A stretch of 38,729 nucleotides of DNA from a virus. Its lineage: Duplodnaviria; Caudoviricetes. Location of the stretch: positions 1 through 38,729 of IMG/VR virus record IMGVR_UViG_3300020336_000019, one strand, 5' to 3'. Position numbers and translations under genes: made by a program. Shown in pieces: positions 18,565 to 28,751 of the stretch; positions within the stretch are counted from its first letter, which is position 1; each line of letters starts with the position of its first letter. The notes beneath the pieces are model-generated. The model did no database searches. It was not told the DNA's origin and saw only the letters and a program-made list of their open reading frames with translations.

Positions 18565-19431
18565 ATGGCTATTGAAAATTTTATTCCTCAAATTTGGTCT
18601 GGCAGAATTCTCGAAAACCTAGATAAGGCGCATGTATTTGCGGCTCGTCTAAACCGCGATTATGAAGGAGAAATCAAGAACTTTGGTGACTCTGTGCGGA
18701 TAAACAGCTTGGGAACAATAACTATTGCAGATTACACAAAGAACGGGACTATTAATAACCCCGAGACTTTGCAAGGCTCTGACATGGTTCTTGAAATTAC
18801 ACAAGCTAAATACTTCAATTTCGAGATTGATGACATAGACCGATGGCAGCAGAAGCCAAAATTGATGGACGCTGCCACGAGGGAAGCTGCATATCAGATG
18901 TCTGATGCAGTAGACACATATCTAGCAAGCGTATTGCAGGCTGGATCAACAAACAATGTAACTGGCGGAGCAGGGGCGGTATTAACTATCGGCACTGGCG
19001 CTGGTGAAACAAATGCATACGTATCTCTAGTAAACGCAGGTGTTGCGCTAACTGAACAAAACGTACCTACACAGGGACGTTGGGTTGTAGTGCCGCCATG
19101 GTTTGAAGGTATGTTGCTCAAGGATGATCGATTCGTATCATACGGTACTGTTGCTAACCGAGACGACCTGAAAAATGGTAACATCGGACGAGCTGCAGGA
19201 TTTGATGTATATGTATCAAACAACCTTTCTTCACTAGGTGGTTTGGGTGTGAACTATTACATCCAGGCTGGTGTTGATATGGCTGCTACATTTGCTGAGC
19301 AACTTAACGATACTGAAGCATACCGTCCAGAATCAAGCTTCTCAGACGCTCTGAAAGGCTTGCATCTATACGGTGCTAAGGTAACTCGTCCATACGCATT
19401 GTGCTACATCTACGGCACTGAAGGTACATAG
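18565..19431 (+). CDS. Major capsid protein (P22 coat-like, HK97 fold)
   Basis: NFIPQIWS, NRDYEGEI..GDSVRI, VP..GRWVVV.P, G.IGRAAGFDVY.SNN, KGLHLYGAKV.RP motifs. AAGGAG SD. Confidence 0.93.
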   Translation: MAIENFIPQIWSGRILENLDKAHVFAARLNRDYEGEIKNFGDSVRINSLGTITIADYTKNGTINNPETLQGSDMVLEITQAKYFNFEIDDIDRWQQKPKLMDAATREAAYQMSDAVDTYLASVLQAGSTNNVTGGAGAVLTIGTGAGETNAYVSLVNAGVALTEQNVPTQGRWVVVPPWFEGMLLKDDRFVSYGTVANRDDLKNGNIGRAAGFDVYVSNNLSSLGGLGVNYYIQAGVDMAATFAEQLNDTEAYRPESSFSDALKGLHLYGAKVTRPYALCYIYGTEGT

Positions 19432-19444
19432 GGAGGATAGATAA

Positions 19445-19861
19445 ATGGCTATAACAACAGTCACGGTAACTGACCTTACCCTTAATACTGAAAGCGCAGA
19501 TCTCAACGTGGGTGCTTTAGGCACTCTAGGTACAGAGATTGCTACTGGCGCAGATGGTTTCAATGTTGACTTGAGCAACTACGGTGACAAGAAAATAACT
19601 TTCATTTTCACCGATCAAGGTGGCACAGGCGACGATGTAACTATGGTAGCTGGAAATAGGCCCCCTTCACAGAGGGCTGATCTAGGTACAACAGTTGTCA
19701 CTATGGCAGCAAGCGATACTAAAGCAGTTTGCTTTGAAAACGCACAGTTTTTGGGTCGAGGACTTGGTTGGTCTGTAGGCAACCATGAGCAAAATATGGC
19801 AGGAACAAGCGCAGGAGATAATACATACGTACTTGTATTAGCTACTCCGCGAGACCTCTAG
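19445..19861 (+). CDS. Putative capsid decoration / minor head protein
   Basis: Small Thr/Gly-rich beta-type protein right after the MCP. Strong GGAGG SD. Followed by a hairpin. Confidence 0.5.
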   Translation: MAITTVTVTDLTLNTESADLNVGALGTLGTEIATGADGFNVDLSNYGDKKITFIFTDQGGTGDDVTMVAGNRPPSQRADLGTTVVTMAASDTKAVCFENAQFLGRGLGWSVGNHEQNMAGTSAGDNTYVLVLATPRDL

Positions 19862-19871
19862 TTTTGTAATA

Positions 19872-19925
19872 GAGTGTGGTAGGGTAGAACATGCTGGGGA
19901 GTAACTGCCCTGCCACATTTAATTA
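19872..19925 (+). terminator. Stem-loop after the head genes (terminator or processing site)
   Basis: TGTGGTAGGGTAG (19875-87) pairs with CTGCCCTGCCACA (19905-17) using G-U wobbles on the plus strand, followed by TTTAATT. Confidence 0.55.
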
Positions 19926-19935
19926 GGAGAAAAAT

Positions 19936-20355
19936 ATGGGTGCAAGTGATCAATTAGAAAACAGTATCATTACACGCCTGATAGATGGCAATAGCTATCT
20001 AATGAGTCCCGATGCAACATATTACGCATCTCTGCATACTGCAGACCCAGGAGACACAGGCACAAACGAGCTACCTGCTACAAATGGATATGTTCGTAAG
20101 TCGTACACTACGTCAGGCGGCTGGAATGCAGCGTCTGGTGGTTCTACATCAAACAACGGATCAATAACATTTGCTGCCGCTTCAGGGGGCGATTGGGCTA
20201 CTGCCACACATTTTGGCTTATGGAATAATGCAGCAGGAACATCTGCTAATTTTATTGTAAGTGGAGCATTAACAAGTTCAGTGACATGCACTGACGGAGA
20301 TGCTGTGCAATTCTTGGGTGGTACTCCAGGAGCATTAGTTATTACCGTTACATAG
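19936..20355 (+). CDS. Virion structural protein (tail-fibre-associated family with LHTADPG motif)
   Basis: YASLHTADPG..G.NE....GYVR, ITF..A....W...THFGLW, GAL..S motifs. Confidence 0.75.
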   Translation: MGASDQLENSIITRLIDGNSYLMSPDATYYASLHTADPGDTGTNELPATNGYVRKSYTTSGGWNAASGGSTSNNGSITFAAASGGDWATATHFGLWNNAAGTSANFIVSGALTSSVTCTDGDAVQFLGGTPGALVITVT

Positions 20356-20364
20356 GAGTAAGCG

Positions 20365-22158
20365 ATGCCTACAGTAAACGGCCCAGACGAAATTACTACC
20401 TTAGAAGGTGGTAACGATAAAGTTTTTTATAGTAATAATACTGGCGAAATCACTGAGTTAGCTCTTGGTGCTGCAAATACTGTGCTTACAAGCGCAGGTG
20501 CTACATCAGCACCTTCATGGGTAGCTACTGCTTCAGGTGGTGAAGTCACACTTAATGTTGCTACTGGTAAATCAGTTACCGCAGGGGACGCTGTGGTTAT
20601 TGACGCAAGCGGGACTACTGCACCAGTAACGCTTACTTCTACGTGGGATTCCCCCGTAGGCGGTCAGTACACACCTCCAACATCGCGGTCATCTTGGTAC
20701 ACAACGGGATGGGATATGGTGTATTCCGAGTACGATCAAATGTACTATTATTTCTATCAAACTTCTGGTAGTAATAATCTAGAGTGCATCCCATTGCAGG
20801 TGTCAGCAACGGGTGTAGTTACGTTAGCAACTAGCCCAACCACTATTGCCAGCAACATGATGATGTTTTATCAGGTCTCTATGTGTCAGGGCAATGCGTC
20901 TTATCCGTCGGTGTTTTATCTTACAGCTGCTACTACTGCGGGGTATCTGTCACATATCGGGGGTAATGTGAGCGGCTCTACAATAAACACTCAATTTAAC
21001 AATATTTTAGTTTACACAACATTTGGGGGATGGTCACGAATTGCGATTACTCCAGTGCAGCTAGGTGGCGCAAGTTTACCTGCTGTACTTGTAGCTGGCC
21101 GTTATCCAGTAACGTATGGGTACGGTGGTTGGTGGCAGGGAATGCAGCTTAATTCGAGTGGTGCATCCATAGGCATTGGATCGTGGTATAACGCGCCATC
21201 GTCTCCCGCGTCAGGTTCATATTTCGACGGACCAGAAGTTGTCGCTAATCCCAATATGGGTCTAGGTGGAACTGCGTTCCAAGTCGTTTACCGCAATGAC
21301 GCAGGTACTGCAATAGAAGCCGTTTCAATACGTTGGGACCCAAGTGCAGGTGGATTTGGTGGTACTGCTGTGCAGCTTGATACACAAGGTTTGCACTCTA
21401 GTGGAATGAGAGTGCTTTATCTAGACACTGTCGGCGGATCTCGATTTGTTGCAGTTGATAGAAAAGGGTGGAACGGGAGTATTGGAACGTCAGGAAGTGA
21501 ATGGGCCATAGCGTACTGCTTTTCAAAAACAAACGGAAACGACAACGGCTTTACCATAGGCAATAGCATACAAACACTAATTGGTAGTGCAAGTGCTGGC
21601 ACATATACAGCAGCGGTCGCTCAAGCCACTCCTTCATTGGCGTGGGATGCTACTAGCAGTACGTTATATTTGTTAACTCGTGAAAATTCGACAGGTTCTC
21701 CTAATGGAGTAGCTCAAGGATCGTACTTTACTGCCGCAGAGTTTACAGCGAGTGCCACTCTTGCTCTTGTAGCTGGCGCAGGTCCAGCAAGTACAGAACA
21801 ACTATTACTTGCTGGGGCACAACAAATACCAATGGCAATGGTGTGGAATTCAAACACAGGGTATGCCGTGTTCAGGTATGGAACAAGTAGCTCAACAGGT
21901 AGTTATTTTATGAGAGGTGTTAAATTCGCACAAAGTAGTGATAGTGAAAATTACATAGGTATCGCTCAGACCACGGAGACTGCTGGCAACCCTGTAGACG
22001 TAAAACATATCGGCTCAATTGATGACAATCAAACAGGTTTAACGGTAGGAGGAAAATACTACGTACAAATAGACGGTACGTTAGGAACAGGAGCTACCAC
22101 AGTTCCAGCAGGGAACGCTATTTCAGCAACAAAATTATTATTAAGGGACAATCTATAA
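20365..22158 (+). CDS. Putative tail fibre / receptor-binding protein
   Basis: N-terminal LALGAANTVLTSAG..APSW fibre motif. Ser/Gly/Thr/aromatic-rich beta body. C-terminal YIGIA...GLTVG.KYYV..DGTL...AG.A.SAT.L motif. Confidence 0.7.
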   Translation: MPTVNGPDEITTLEGGNDKVFYSNNTGEITELALGAANTVLTSAGATSAPSWVATASGGEVTLNVATGKSVTAGDAVVIDASGTTAPVTLTSTWDSPVGGQYTPPTSRSSWYTTGWDMVYSEYDQMYYYFYQTSGSNNLECIPLQVSATGVVTLATSPTTIASNMMMFYQVSMCQGNASYPSVFYLTAATTAGYLSHIGGNVSGSTINTQFNNILVYTTFGGWSRIAITPVQLGGASLPAVLVAGRYPVTYGYGGWWQGMQLNSSGASIGIGSWYNAPSSPASGSYFDGPEVVANPNMGLGGTAFQVVYRNDAGTAIEAVSIRWDPSAGGFGGTAVQLDTQGLHSSGMRVLYLDTVGGSRFVAVDRKGWNGSIGTSGSEWAIAYCFSKTNGNDNGFTIGNSIQTLIGSASAGTYTAAVAQATPSLAWDATSSTLYLLTRENSTGSPNGVAQGSYFTAAEFTASATLALVAGAGPASTEQLLLAGAQQIPMAMVWNSNTGYAVFRYGTSSSTGSYFMRGVKFAQSSDSENYIGIAQTTETAGNPVDVKHIGSIDDNQTGLTVGGKYYVQIDGTLGTGATTVPAGNAISATKLLLRDNL

Positions 22159-22481
22159 TGGCAGACATAATTAAAATGAAATCAACATGGGTACATCCGA
22201 ACTTGGTTGTTTGGAACTCAGATATTGAGTTGATCGAGGGCGTAAAACCAGATCATGTATTTGACGGAACGTCATTGAAGTTAACAAATATTGGAACCGA
22301 TCCCATTACAAAGCAAGCCCATCCTAACATTGAGTGGGATCACATTAACACTAGTACTGCGGACAAGATCACAGATGTGACATTGCCAGACGATTTTCAG
22401 AATTCAGCTTCTACGTATGACGACAGTACTTCTACATGGGGGTTTGACGCTGTTCTAAAATCAGCGTTAGAACGGATATAA
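22158..22481 (+). CDS. Hypothetical protein, possible fibre chaperone
   Basis: Coupled (TAATG) to the fibre gene. DVTLPDDF....TYD....W motif. Confidence 0.6.
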   Translation: MADIIKMKSTWVHPNLVVWNSDIELIEGVKPDHVFDGTSLKLTNIGTDPITKQAHPNIEWDHINTSTADKITDVTLPDDFQNSASTYDDSTSTWGFDAVLKSALERI

Positions 22482-22493
22482 GGGGGGCTAATA

Positions 22494-22817
22494 ATGGTAT
22501 TACAAGTACAAGTCTATGGTACAAAAACCACTGATGGCACTGAGCAAACCCTGGGGACATCGACATACGTAGGTGTGCATATAGTAACTGTGGATTTATC
22601 AGCTATGCAAGCAGGGGATACTGTAGTTCTTAAAGCTAAAACAAAAACTCTCACAGGTAGTGCAGTAGCTATTTTTATTGAGCAAACATTTACAGGAGTA
22701 CAAACAGAGCCAATAATTCAAACAGAACCAGTGACTTCTCCATTCTCGTTTACAGCTACATTACAACGTACTGGAGGCAGTGATAGAGCATATCCTTGGT
22801 CTATTAACACCGTCTAG
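22494..22817 (+). CDS. Small virion structural protein
   Basis: Thr/Val-rich beta protein with VDLSAM.AGD and TLQRT.G..RAYPW. AGGGGG SD. Confidence 0.6.
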   Translation: MVLQVQVYGTKTTDGTEQTLGTSTYVGVHIVTVDLSAMQAGDTVVLKAKTKTLTGSAVAIFIEQTFTGVQTEPIIQTEPVTSPFSFTATLQRTGGSDRAYPWSINTV

Positions 22818-22825
22818 GAGTAGCA

Positions 22826-23599
22826 ATGTCACTATCTTCTACTCTATTATTTGCAACTGGTTCGTTTGTACAAGCCGCAGGTACGGCTGGAATTGCCGTT
22901 AATGCAACTGGCGATGCGCACATTTATGAAATACTAGATGCTGCAGGAACAGCACCTATTGGAGTATCGGCTACAGCAACAGCAAATATTTATTCTATAT
23001 ATGCAGCAGCAGGAACTGCTACTATAGATGTGTCAGCGACAGGAGATCCAATGGTTACATTAGCAGCAGCAGGTACTGGAGAGATTAATGTTACGGCTGG
23101 AGCAGCCGAGCTACAAGTAGTTGGCGCAAGGCTTATGGCTAAATGCTATGTTTCACAAATACCAGAAAGTGCTGGCGATAATGTCTATGCACCCGTACAA
23201 CACATTACAATGCGACGCGGCGACAACCTTATTTTGTACTTACGATTTAGAGATTTGCGAGACAACGTATACCCATTAACTACTGCAGGTAACCTTGCTT
23301 CTATTTGGTTTACGGTTAAAGCTCGTTACAGTGAGCCTGATTCTGGGGCGTTAGTACAACGCACAGTAGGTGATGGCATTTATGTTACTGACGGGCCAAC
23401 AGGCGAAGCACAGGTGGTATTAACCCATGCTGAGACTTCTATACTAGGGGCGCGAGAGTACGATTATGTCTGGGATGTACAAATTAAACGCGATTTGTAC
23501 GGCTCAGAGTCTATTATTTCCACAGCTAATGAAGGTACGATGACTGTAAATCCAGATGTCACTATTGATGTCGCTACGCATGTTGAGGTGTCGTCATGA
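22826..23599 (+). CDS. Virion protein with Ala/Gly/Thr repeats and a BppU-like C-terminal domain
   Basis: Repeated AAGT..I.V.AT units. ITMRRGD...WFTVK...G...V.LT..ET...YVWDVQ...G...V..DVT motif. Confidence 0.6.
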   Translation: MSLSSTLLFATGSFVQAAGTAGIAVNATGDAHIYEILDAAGTAPIGVSATATANIYSIYAAAGTATIDVSATGDPMVTLAAAGTGEINVTAGAAELQVVGARLMAKCYVSQIPESAGDNVYAPVQHITMRRGDNLILYLRFRDLRDNVYPLTTAGNLASIWFTVKARYSEPDSGALVQRTVGDGIYVTDGPTGEAQVVLTHAETSILGAREYDYVWDVQIKRDLYGSESIISTANEGTMTVNPDVTIDVATHVEVSS

Positions 23600-24906
23600 G
23601 TATGCTTGGTATAGACGTGCTACATGGGTTTTCTAAGTTTATTGGAGATTATTGGGTCGGTGAAACTACTGCTACAGGCACTACTACCACGATGGTTGAT
23701 AATAAGCTTGGGCGTTTTGGTGACGATACCATCACTGATTTTTATGTACGTCCTATACAAGATACTAATATCTATGAGGTCAGGCGGCTAGATAGTTTTT
23801 TATCTGATAGTGGCACTATGACGTTTAGTCCTGCCTATACTATTACACCGCAGATTTACCAGAAGTATGAGCTACATAGGTACGACCCTGCTATTAAATA
23901 CCAATGTATTGACGAAGCTAGGTATAGAGTTATTGACGATCTGTTTAAAATTGTGTATGACGATACACTTACTGGTGATGGATACAGTTCGAGTTTTAAT
24001 ATACCTCCTGCAATTAGGCAAGGCCCTGTCCGGGTCTTTGAAGAAAGCCCTATGGACACTGATACAAGTTGGAATCTCCTTTCTACTGCTAATATTGATG
24101 CTCTAACTAATTGGACTCCAGTTAACTTTACAGCCACATTAGAATCAGACAGTACTTCAGATGTAACAGTACCTAAATACAAAGACAGCTGTACTCGTTT
24201 GTACACCACAGGCAGTGCTGTAGCCACTTACACTCAAGATGTAGCTAATATGTCTAGTGTCACAGCTAGTAGCGCAGCAGGTCGTAAAATGACATTTGGT
24301 GTTTGGGTATACTATCGAGGCTTTCCTAACGCTCAGAGCGTGTATGCGTCGATTACGAGCGATTCATCTGACGCTATCATCTCACAAATGCATACAGGTA
24401 ATGGATGGGAGCTTTTAATTGCAGAAGGAGACATCGAAGGAAAAAATAGCACTGCGTTATCAGTCACAATTACGGCGGAAACTGATAGTCAAGGAACTGT
24501 CTTATTTGCTGAAAGGGCTTGGTTCTATTTTGGTGACAGTAGCCGTATTACAGATCGTTACAACCACCTTATGGGCAGGGAAGTCAGGCGTGACGACGTT
24601 ATTCAAAAAGTATATTTAAACTTTGTTCCTGGATCTGGAAATCAATTACGTCTTGAAGGGCGCGATTACATTAGTAGTCTAGGTACAGGGACTGCACAAA
24701 ACACAAGACGTACAGAAGTTGATGGCGCAAGTGCGCAAATATTGTATGCATCTGCAGCGCAAATTTTATTTGAGCGTGAAGGTATGAGTGCTGAGTCGAT
24801 GGAACAATTACAAACTCGAATTGCTCTTGCTGATAGGAGAAAAAGTGAGGTACGCGACCGTATAGTAATGCCATTTGCTCCATCAGTTAAGAGCGCATAT
24901 GGCTAA
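23596..24906 (+). CDS. Putative head-tail adaptor (tail tubular protein A-like) with inserted carbohydrate-binding-like domain
   Basis: Position before the large tail protein. Helical termini flank a jelly-roll-like insert (TYTQDV..GRKMTFGVWV..HTGNGWELL). Confidence 0.5.
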   Translation: MSMLGIDVLHGFSKFIGDYWVGETTATGTTTTMVDNKLGRFGDDTITDFYVRPIQDTNIYEVRRLDSFLSDSGTMTFSPAYTITPQIYQKYELHRYDPAIKYQCIDEARYRVIDDLFKIVYDDTLTGDGYSSSFNIPPAIRQGPVRVFEESPMDTDTSWNLLSTANIDALTNWTPVNFTATLESDSTSDVTVPKYKDSCTRLYTTGSAVATYTQDVANMSSVTASSAAGRKMTFGVWVYYRGFPNAQSVYASITSDSSDAIISQMHTGNGWELLIAEGDIEGKNSTALSVTITAETDSQGTVLFAERAWFYFGDSSRITDRYNHLMGREVRRDDVIQKVYLNFVPGSGNQLRLEGRDYISSLGTGTAQNTRRTEVDGASAQILYASAAQILFEREGMSAESMEQLQTRIALADRRKSEVRDRIVMPFAPSVKSAYG

Positions 24907-27112
24907 GTCAGCGATTCGTGGCACATACGATATCTTTTTTGAAGTTGATGGTGACAAGCTAGGGTTTAATATTGCATCTGGTGAAGGCGATTCATTAGGG
25001 TATGCTGCTGGATTAACTTCAGCAATAGCTCCAAGAGTAGACAACTCAGCATTTACATTTAGTTCTGTACCTCCAGAAGTAAAAGTACCAGTAGTCTTTG
25101 AAGACTGGAGTCTGGGCGCTGGTCATGATTGGTCAGCAACAAACATACCAGCAGGGTATAACTTTAGTGCGTATGGTCGTATTGATGGTTCTACTCCCGG
25201 CAAATTAACTATGGTTGCAGATAGAGAATTTTATAGTTCATATAATTATACTGGTCCCGATGAGTGGGTTCCTGTTAGTTTTGGTAGAGTAAAGCATACT
25301 TCACAAGGTACTTTTTTATTAGCAGGAAATATTTATAAATTTGATATTAGCTTGCGTGAAACTGGTTCACCGTGGGTATTAGTATATACAACGCCATCAA
25401 CAGGTATGGCTGCTTCATTACGAAAAGATGCATTGCCTTTAGATATTGTTGAATTTAATAGTACTGTATTTGTAACACTTGTTGATAATTACAATTCATT
25501 AGGTAATGGTATCAGGCGTGGGCATCAATATGTATATACTACTGATGGTGGTTCGACCTGGACTCAATCAAGTGTTGCTGCTATTGCTAATGATGAGCAG
25601 TTATATTTTACAATCAAAGGGCAAACATCAGGTAATCCTATTTTGTATGGTATTGACTATGAAGGTGGACTGCGTACTAACGCAACTGGTATAGCTGTGT
25701 GGTCTGCAGCAGTTCAAGTAGGTGAGCCTACTGAAACTGTAACTGGATTACTTGAATACAATGACACTGTATATGTTTTTAAAACAAATGGTATTTACAA
25801 ATTAAATGCTGCTGGTACTGGGACTGAAGATGTCTGGATTGGGGCAAAGAATACTACTGATAATACTAATGGTAGTAAACCTACTCTATACAAAGACGGG
25901 AATATTTATTGCACATATGATGGATACCTTGTTCAGTTTGACCCGCGTACAAACCTACTAACTCAATTATTTCCTATCGCAGCTACTGACGTATGGAGTG
26001 GCAAGATTACTTCCATTACTACTGATGGCGACTGGTTATATTTTTCCTTTGAAGTTGATTGGTCATACGGTGAAACATATATTACTGGCGATTATACTTA
26101 TCGTGATTCACGATTAACATTTGTTATGAAGGGTGACCCTAGTCTTGGTTTTCATCCAATTAACGGTGAGCAATGGGGACCTGTTAGAAATATAGATGCA
26201 ACTCCTGCTGGATCTACTAATCCAACAAACCCAGAGTTACATACCATTCTGCCAGTCAATAGAATAAATCATACAGTTCCAATACAAGACACTACGACTA
26301 TTGATAATCTTTGGTTTACTTATTTAACACTTCCTAAAATTGGTGAAGATTTCGATACTGATGATGGTGTTCAGCCGCTTCCTGTTGGAAAATATGCATA
26401 TGTGTATGGTCCATGGGTAGATTTAGGTGCAAGCAATATAGATAAATATCTTGCAAGCATTTCGGCTTTTGCACTTAATGCAAGCGCAAGTTCTGGATGG
26501 GGATTATATTTACAATATGATTATGGTGCTCCTGATCGTGTTGCCGGAGCTAATGGAGATTATAGAAATTTGGATTTAATATCTCCGTACTCTGATTTTT
26601 TTGCTAATCTAAATCAAGAAGTTACATCAGAAGCTAATGATGCATACACTCAGTACAGTGCTCTCGCTCATCTACAAAGATGGAGATCGATTCGTTATGT
26701 ATTGGCGGGAGTACAGCAAAGCAATGTTAATGCAGGGCGACCATTATTACAGTCAGTAGCGTTAGAATCTGCTGTATTACCTAAACGAGTTCGTTCATGG
26801 TCAGTGCAAGTAGAAGTATCTAATGATATGCAATTGCGTGGCGGTGGAAAAATGAAAGATGGTTATTTAAGACAGCGTAACTTTTTGTTTGAAGCTCCTG
26901 CTAAAGAGATAACATTTTATGATCGTGACGGCCAAACGTATCTTGCAAAAATTCAAGACATTCAATCTGTAGGCACACGCAGAGGCGAATCAAGTGATTA
27001 CGAAGTATATTCAATCCAATTAACTGAGCTTGCAGCTAGTACACTAACTACACCAGAATTTATTTGGGGAAGTGGGACATGGAGCAATGGTCAGAGGTAT
27101 AGTAGAAACTAA
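24899..27112 (+). CDS. Putative tail nozzle / tubular protein B-like (beta-propeller)
   Basis: About 737 aa. EDWSLGAG, YTTDGGSTWT (BNR/Asp-box), VTGLLEYNDTVYVFKTNGIY propeller-type motifs. Confidence 0.6.
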   Translation: MAKSAIRGTYDIFFEVDGDKLGFNIASGEGDSLGYAAGLTSAIAPRVDNSAFTFSSVPPEVKVPVVFEDWSLGAGHDWSATNIPAGYNFSAYGRIDGSTPGKLTMVADREFYSSYNYTGPDEWVPVSFGRVKHTSQGTFLLAGNIYKFDISLRETGSPWVLVYTTPSTGMAASLRKDALPLDIVEFNSTVFVTLVDNYNSLGNGIRRGHQYVYTTDGGSTWTQSSVAAIANDEQLYFTIKGQTSGNPILYGIDYEGGLRTNATGIAVWSAAVQVGEPTETVTGLLEYNDTVYVFKTNGIYKLNAAGTGTEDVWIGAKNTTDNTNGSKPTLYKDGNIYCTYDGYLVQFDPRTNLLTQLFPIAATDVWSGKITSITTDGDWLYFSFEVDWSYGETYITGDYTYRDSRLTFVMKGDPSLGFHPINGEQWGPVRNIDATPAGSTNPTNPELHTILPVNRINHTVPIQDTTTIDNLWFTYLTLPKIGEDFDTDDGVQPLPVGKYAYVYGPWVDLGASNIDKYLASISAFALNASASSGWGLYLQYDYGAPDRVAGANGDYRNLDLISPYSDFFANLNQEVTSEANDAYTQYSALAHLQRWRSIRYVLAGVQQSNVNAGRPLLQSVALESAVLPKRVRSWSVQVEVSNDMQLRGGGKMKDGYLRQRNFLFEAPAKEITFYDRDGQTYLAKIQDIQSVGTRRGESSDYEVYSIQLTELAASTLTTPEFIWGSGTWSNGQRYSRN

Positions 27113-27121
27113 GGAGTTAGT

Positions 27122-27817
27122 ATGCCAGCAACATATTCAGAAATAACGTCAGTAACTGCTGGTAGTGCGGCCACTGTTGGTGATATAAATCAATACAAAG
27201 AAGCTCTTGAAGGCAACAGAGATTTTATACCTTTTTTATGGGCCAAGACAGCAAACAATATTGTTATGCGAGTAGGCGATCAAGTTGGGGTAAACTATTT
27301 TGACATTCAGGATTCTGCAGGAGTAAGTCAGTTTAAGGTAGATAGCAATGGAAATATTACAAGCACTGATGTCCTTACTTCTACTAGGACTGGTCGTCTT
27401 GCTTCCGATGCAGTAAATGCTACAACAACTCTTGCTGATGTAACAGGAATCTCTTTTTCTATCGGTGCAAGTGAAGTGTGGGTATACGATTTAATGGTTA
27501 TGACAGATTCTCCTACGGGAACAGATTACAAAATAGGTTGGACGTATCCTGCCAGTTGCACAATGGATTGGGCTAGTACTTCTGACCCTGCGCAGAATCT
27601 TTTACCTATATCAACTACATTTAATGAGGTTGTTGCTATTTCTGCTAATTGGGCAAAAAACAGTGCTGGTCTCGGTACAGTTGCAATGGATACTTATTCG
27701 GGTACTATTGTAAACGATACAACAGCAGGAATTATTCAACTTCAATTTGCTGCTAATACAGTAGGGACTGCAACTTTAAAAGCTAATTCATATCTAGTCG
27801 CAACGAAAGTGAGTTAA
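27122..27817 (+). CDS. Tail-associated structural protein
   Basis: TTLADVTG.SF, G.I...TAG.IQLQFA...TLKANS motif common in phage tail proteins. AAGGAG SD. Confidence 0.6.
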   Translation: MPATYSEITSVTAGSAATVGDINQYKEALEGNRDFIPFLWAKTANNIVMRVGDQVGVNYFDIQDSAGVSQFKVDSNGNITSTDVLTSTRTGRLASDAVNATTTLADVTGISFSIGASEVWVYDLMVMTDSPTGTDYKIGWTYPASCTMDWASTSDPAQNLLPISTTFNEVVAISANWAKNSAGLGTVAMDTYSGTIVNDTTAGIIQLQFAANTVGTATLKANSYLVATKVS

Positions 27818-27819
27818 CC

Positions 27820-28023
27820 ATGGCTAACAGTAGCAAAAAGCAAAACTGGATTAAAGATGCCATCAAAAGGCCCGGAGCCTTTGGTAAAAAAGCTAAAGCT
27901 GCTGACATGAGTACGGCTGCCTATGCTAACAAAGTAATGTCTAATAAGAAAGATTTTTCAAAACGTACACAACGTCAAGCAAGTCTTGCAAAGACCTTGA
28001 TGGGTTTTAAGAAGCGCACGTAA
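27820..28023 (+). CDS. Small basic phage protein
   Basis: NWI..AIK.PGAF..KAK...R...QA.LA.TL motif. Very Lys-rich. Confidence 0.75.
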   Translation: MANSSKKQNWIKDAIKRPGAFGKKAKAADMSTAAYANKVMSNKKDFSKRTQRQASLAKTLMGFKKRT

Positions 28024-28032
28024 TAGACATTG

Positions 28033-28088
28033 TCTTATCCTTATTAGTGTTACTAATACTTATCGGGAATGGTAAGTGGATAAGGGAG
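28033..28088 (+). promoter_or_regulatory. Structured leader (three-way junction) of the endolysin gene
   Basis: P1 TCTTATCC/GGATAAGG, P2 TATTAGT/ACTAATA, P3 ACTTATC/GGTAAGT. P1 overlaps the AAGGGAG SD. Confidence 0.5.
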
Positions 28089-28095
28089 TTTTTGT

Positions 28096-28749
28096 ATGGC
28101 AAGACTAGCATTTCGTGGCGAAGTAGACAGCTTAAATCGTTACAAAGGATGGCCCGTTACGGGCACGATATCAAGCAGGTTTGGCGTTGTGCGCGAGACT
28201 TTATCAAAAGGTAAGGGGCATTCTGGCCTAGATCTGGCTGCTCCTATTGGCACACCTGTATACGCACCTATGGATGGAGTAGTTAATGATGTATTCACGA
28301 CCGAAGAAACAGTCGCGTGGAGAAAAAATGTGGCGGCTATCTTTGGTAACTCTGTTTTCTTGCGTCACTCTGATAGCGACGGGAGTCTTCTTGGCTACAC
28401 TTTATACGCTCATTTTGATTCCGCGCCAAGTGTCTCGCGCTCTGAATCCGTCGAAGGCGGAAACCAAATTGGAGTCATAGGAAGCACAGGTCAATCTACT
28501 GGACCACATCTTCATTGGGGCTGCACAATTATGGACAACCCTTATTTTTCTAGAGCCAAAGGTTTAAACGATCCACTTAATTTTTTAGTGTCTAAATCTG
28601 TCAGTGAACCTGCAGAAGATTATGTGTTGCCTGATGCTCAAGAAATTGACGAGCAACAGAAAAAAGCTAATGACATGATGGATGCTGCGCAGAGCATGTT
28701 GAATGACATTATTGATACACTACAAGGCAAAGAAGAAGATATGGAGTAA
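28096..28749 (+). CDS. M23 family peptidase, probable endolysin
   Basis: HSGLD (HxxxD), TLYAH, GSTGQSTGPHLH (HxH), NDPLNFL. Confidence 0.92.
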   Translation: MARLAFRGEVDSLNRYKGWPVTGTISSRFGVVRETLSKGKGHSGLDLAAPIGTPVYAPMDGVVNDVFTTEETVAWRKNVAAIFGNSVFLRHSDSDGSLLGYTLYAHFDSAPSVSRSESVEGGNQIGVIGSTGQSTGPHLHWGCTIMDNPYFSRAKGLNDPLNFLVSKSVSEPAEDYVLPDAQEIDEQQKKANDMMDAAQSMLNDIIDTLQGKEEDME

Positions 28750-28751
28750 CT

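Noticed and set aside
19429-19445. TAG readthrough, stop-codon recoding or capsid frameshift extension
   Set aside because: TAG-ending genes are followed by their own SD and start in another frame, gene lengths are normal under the standard code, and I saw no slippery site.
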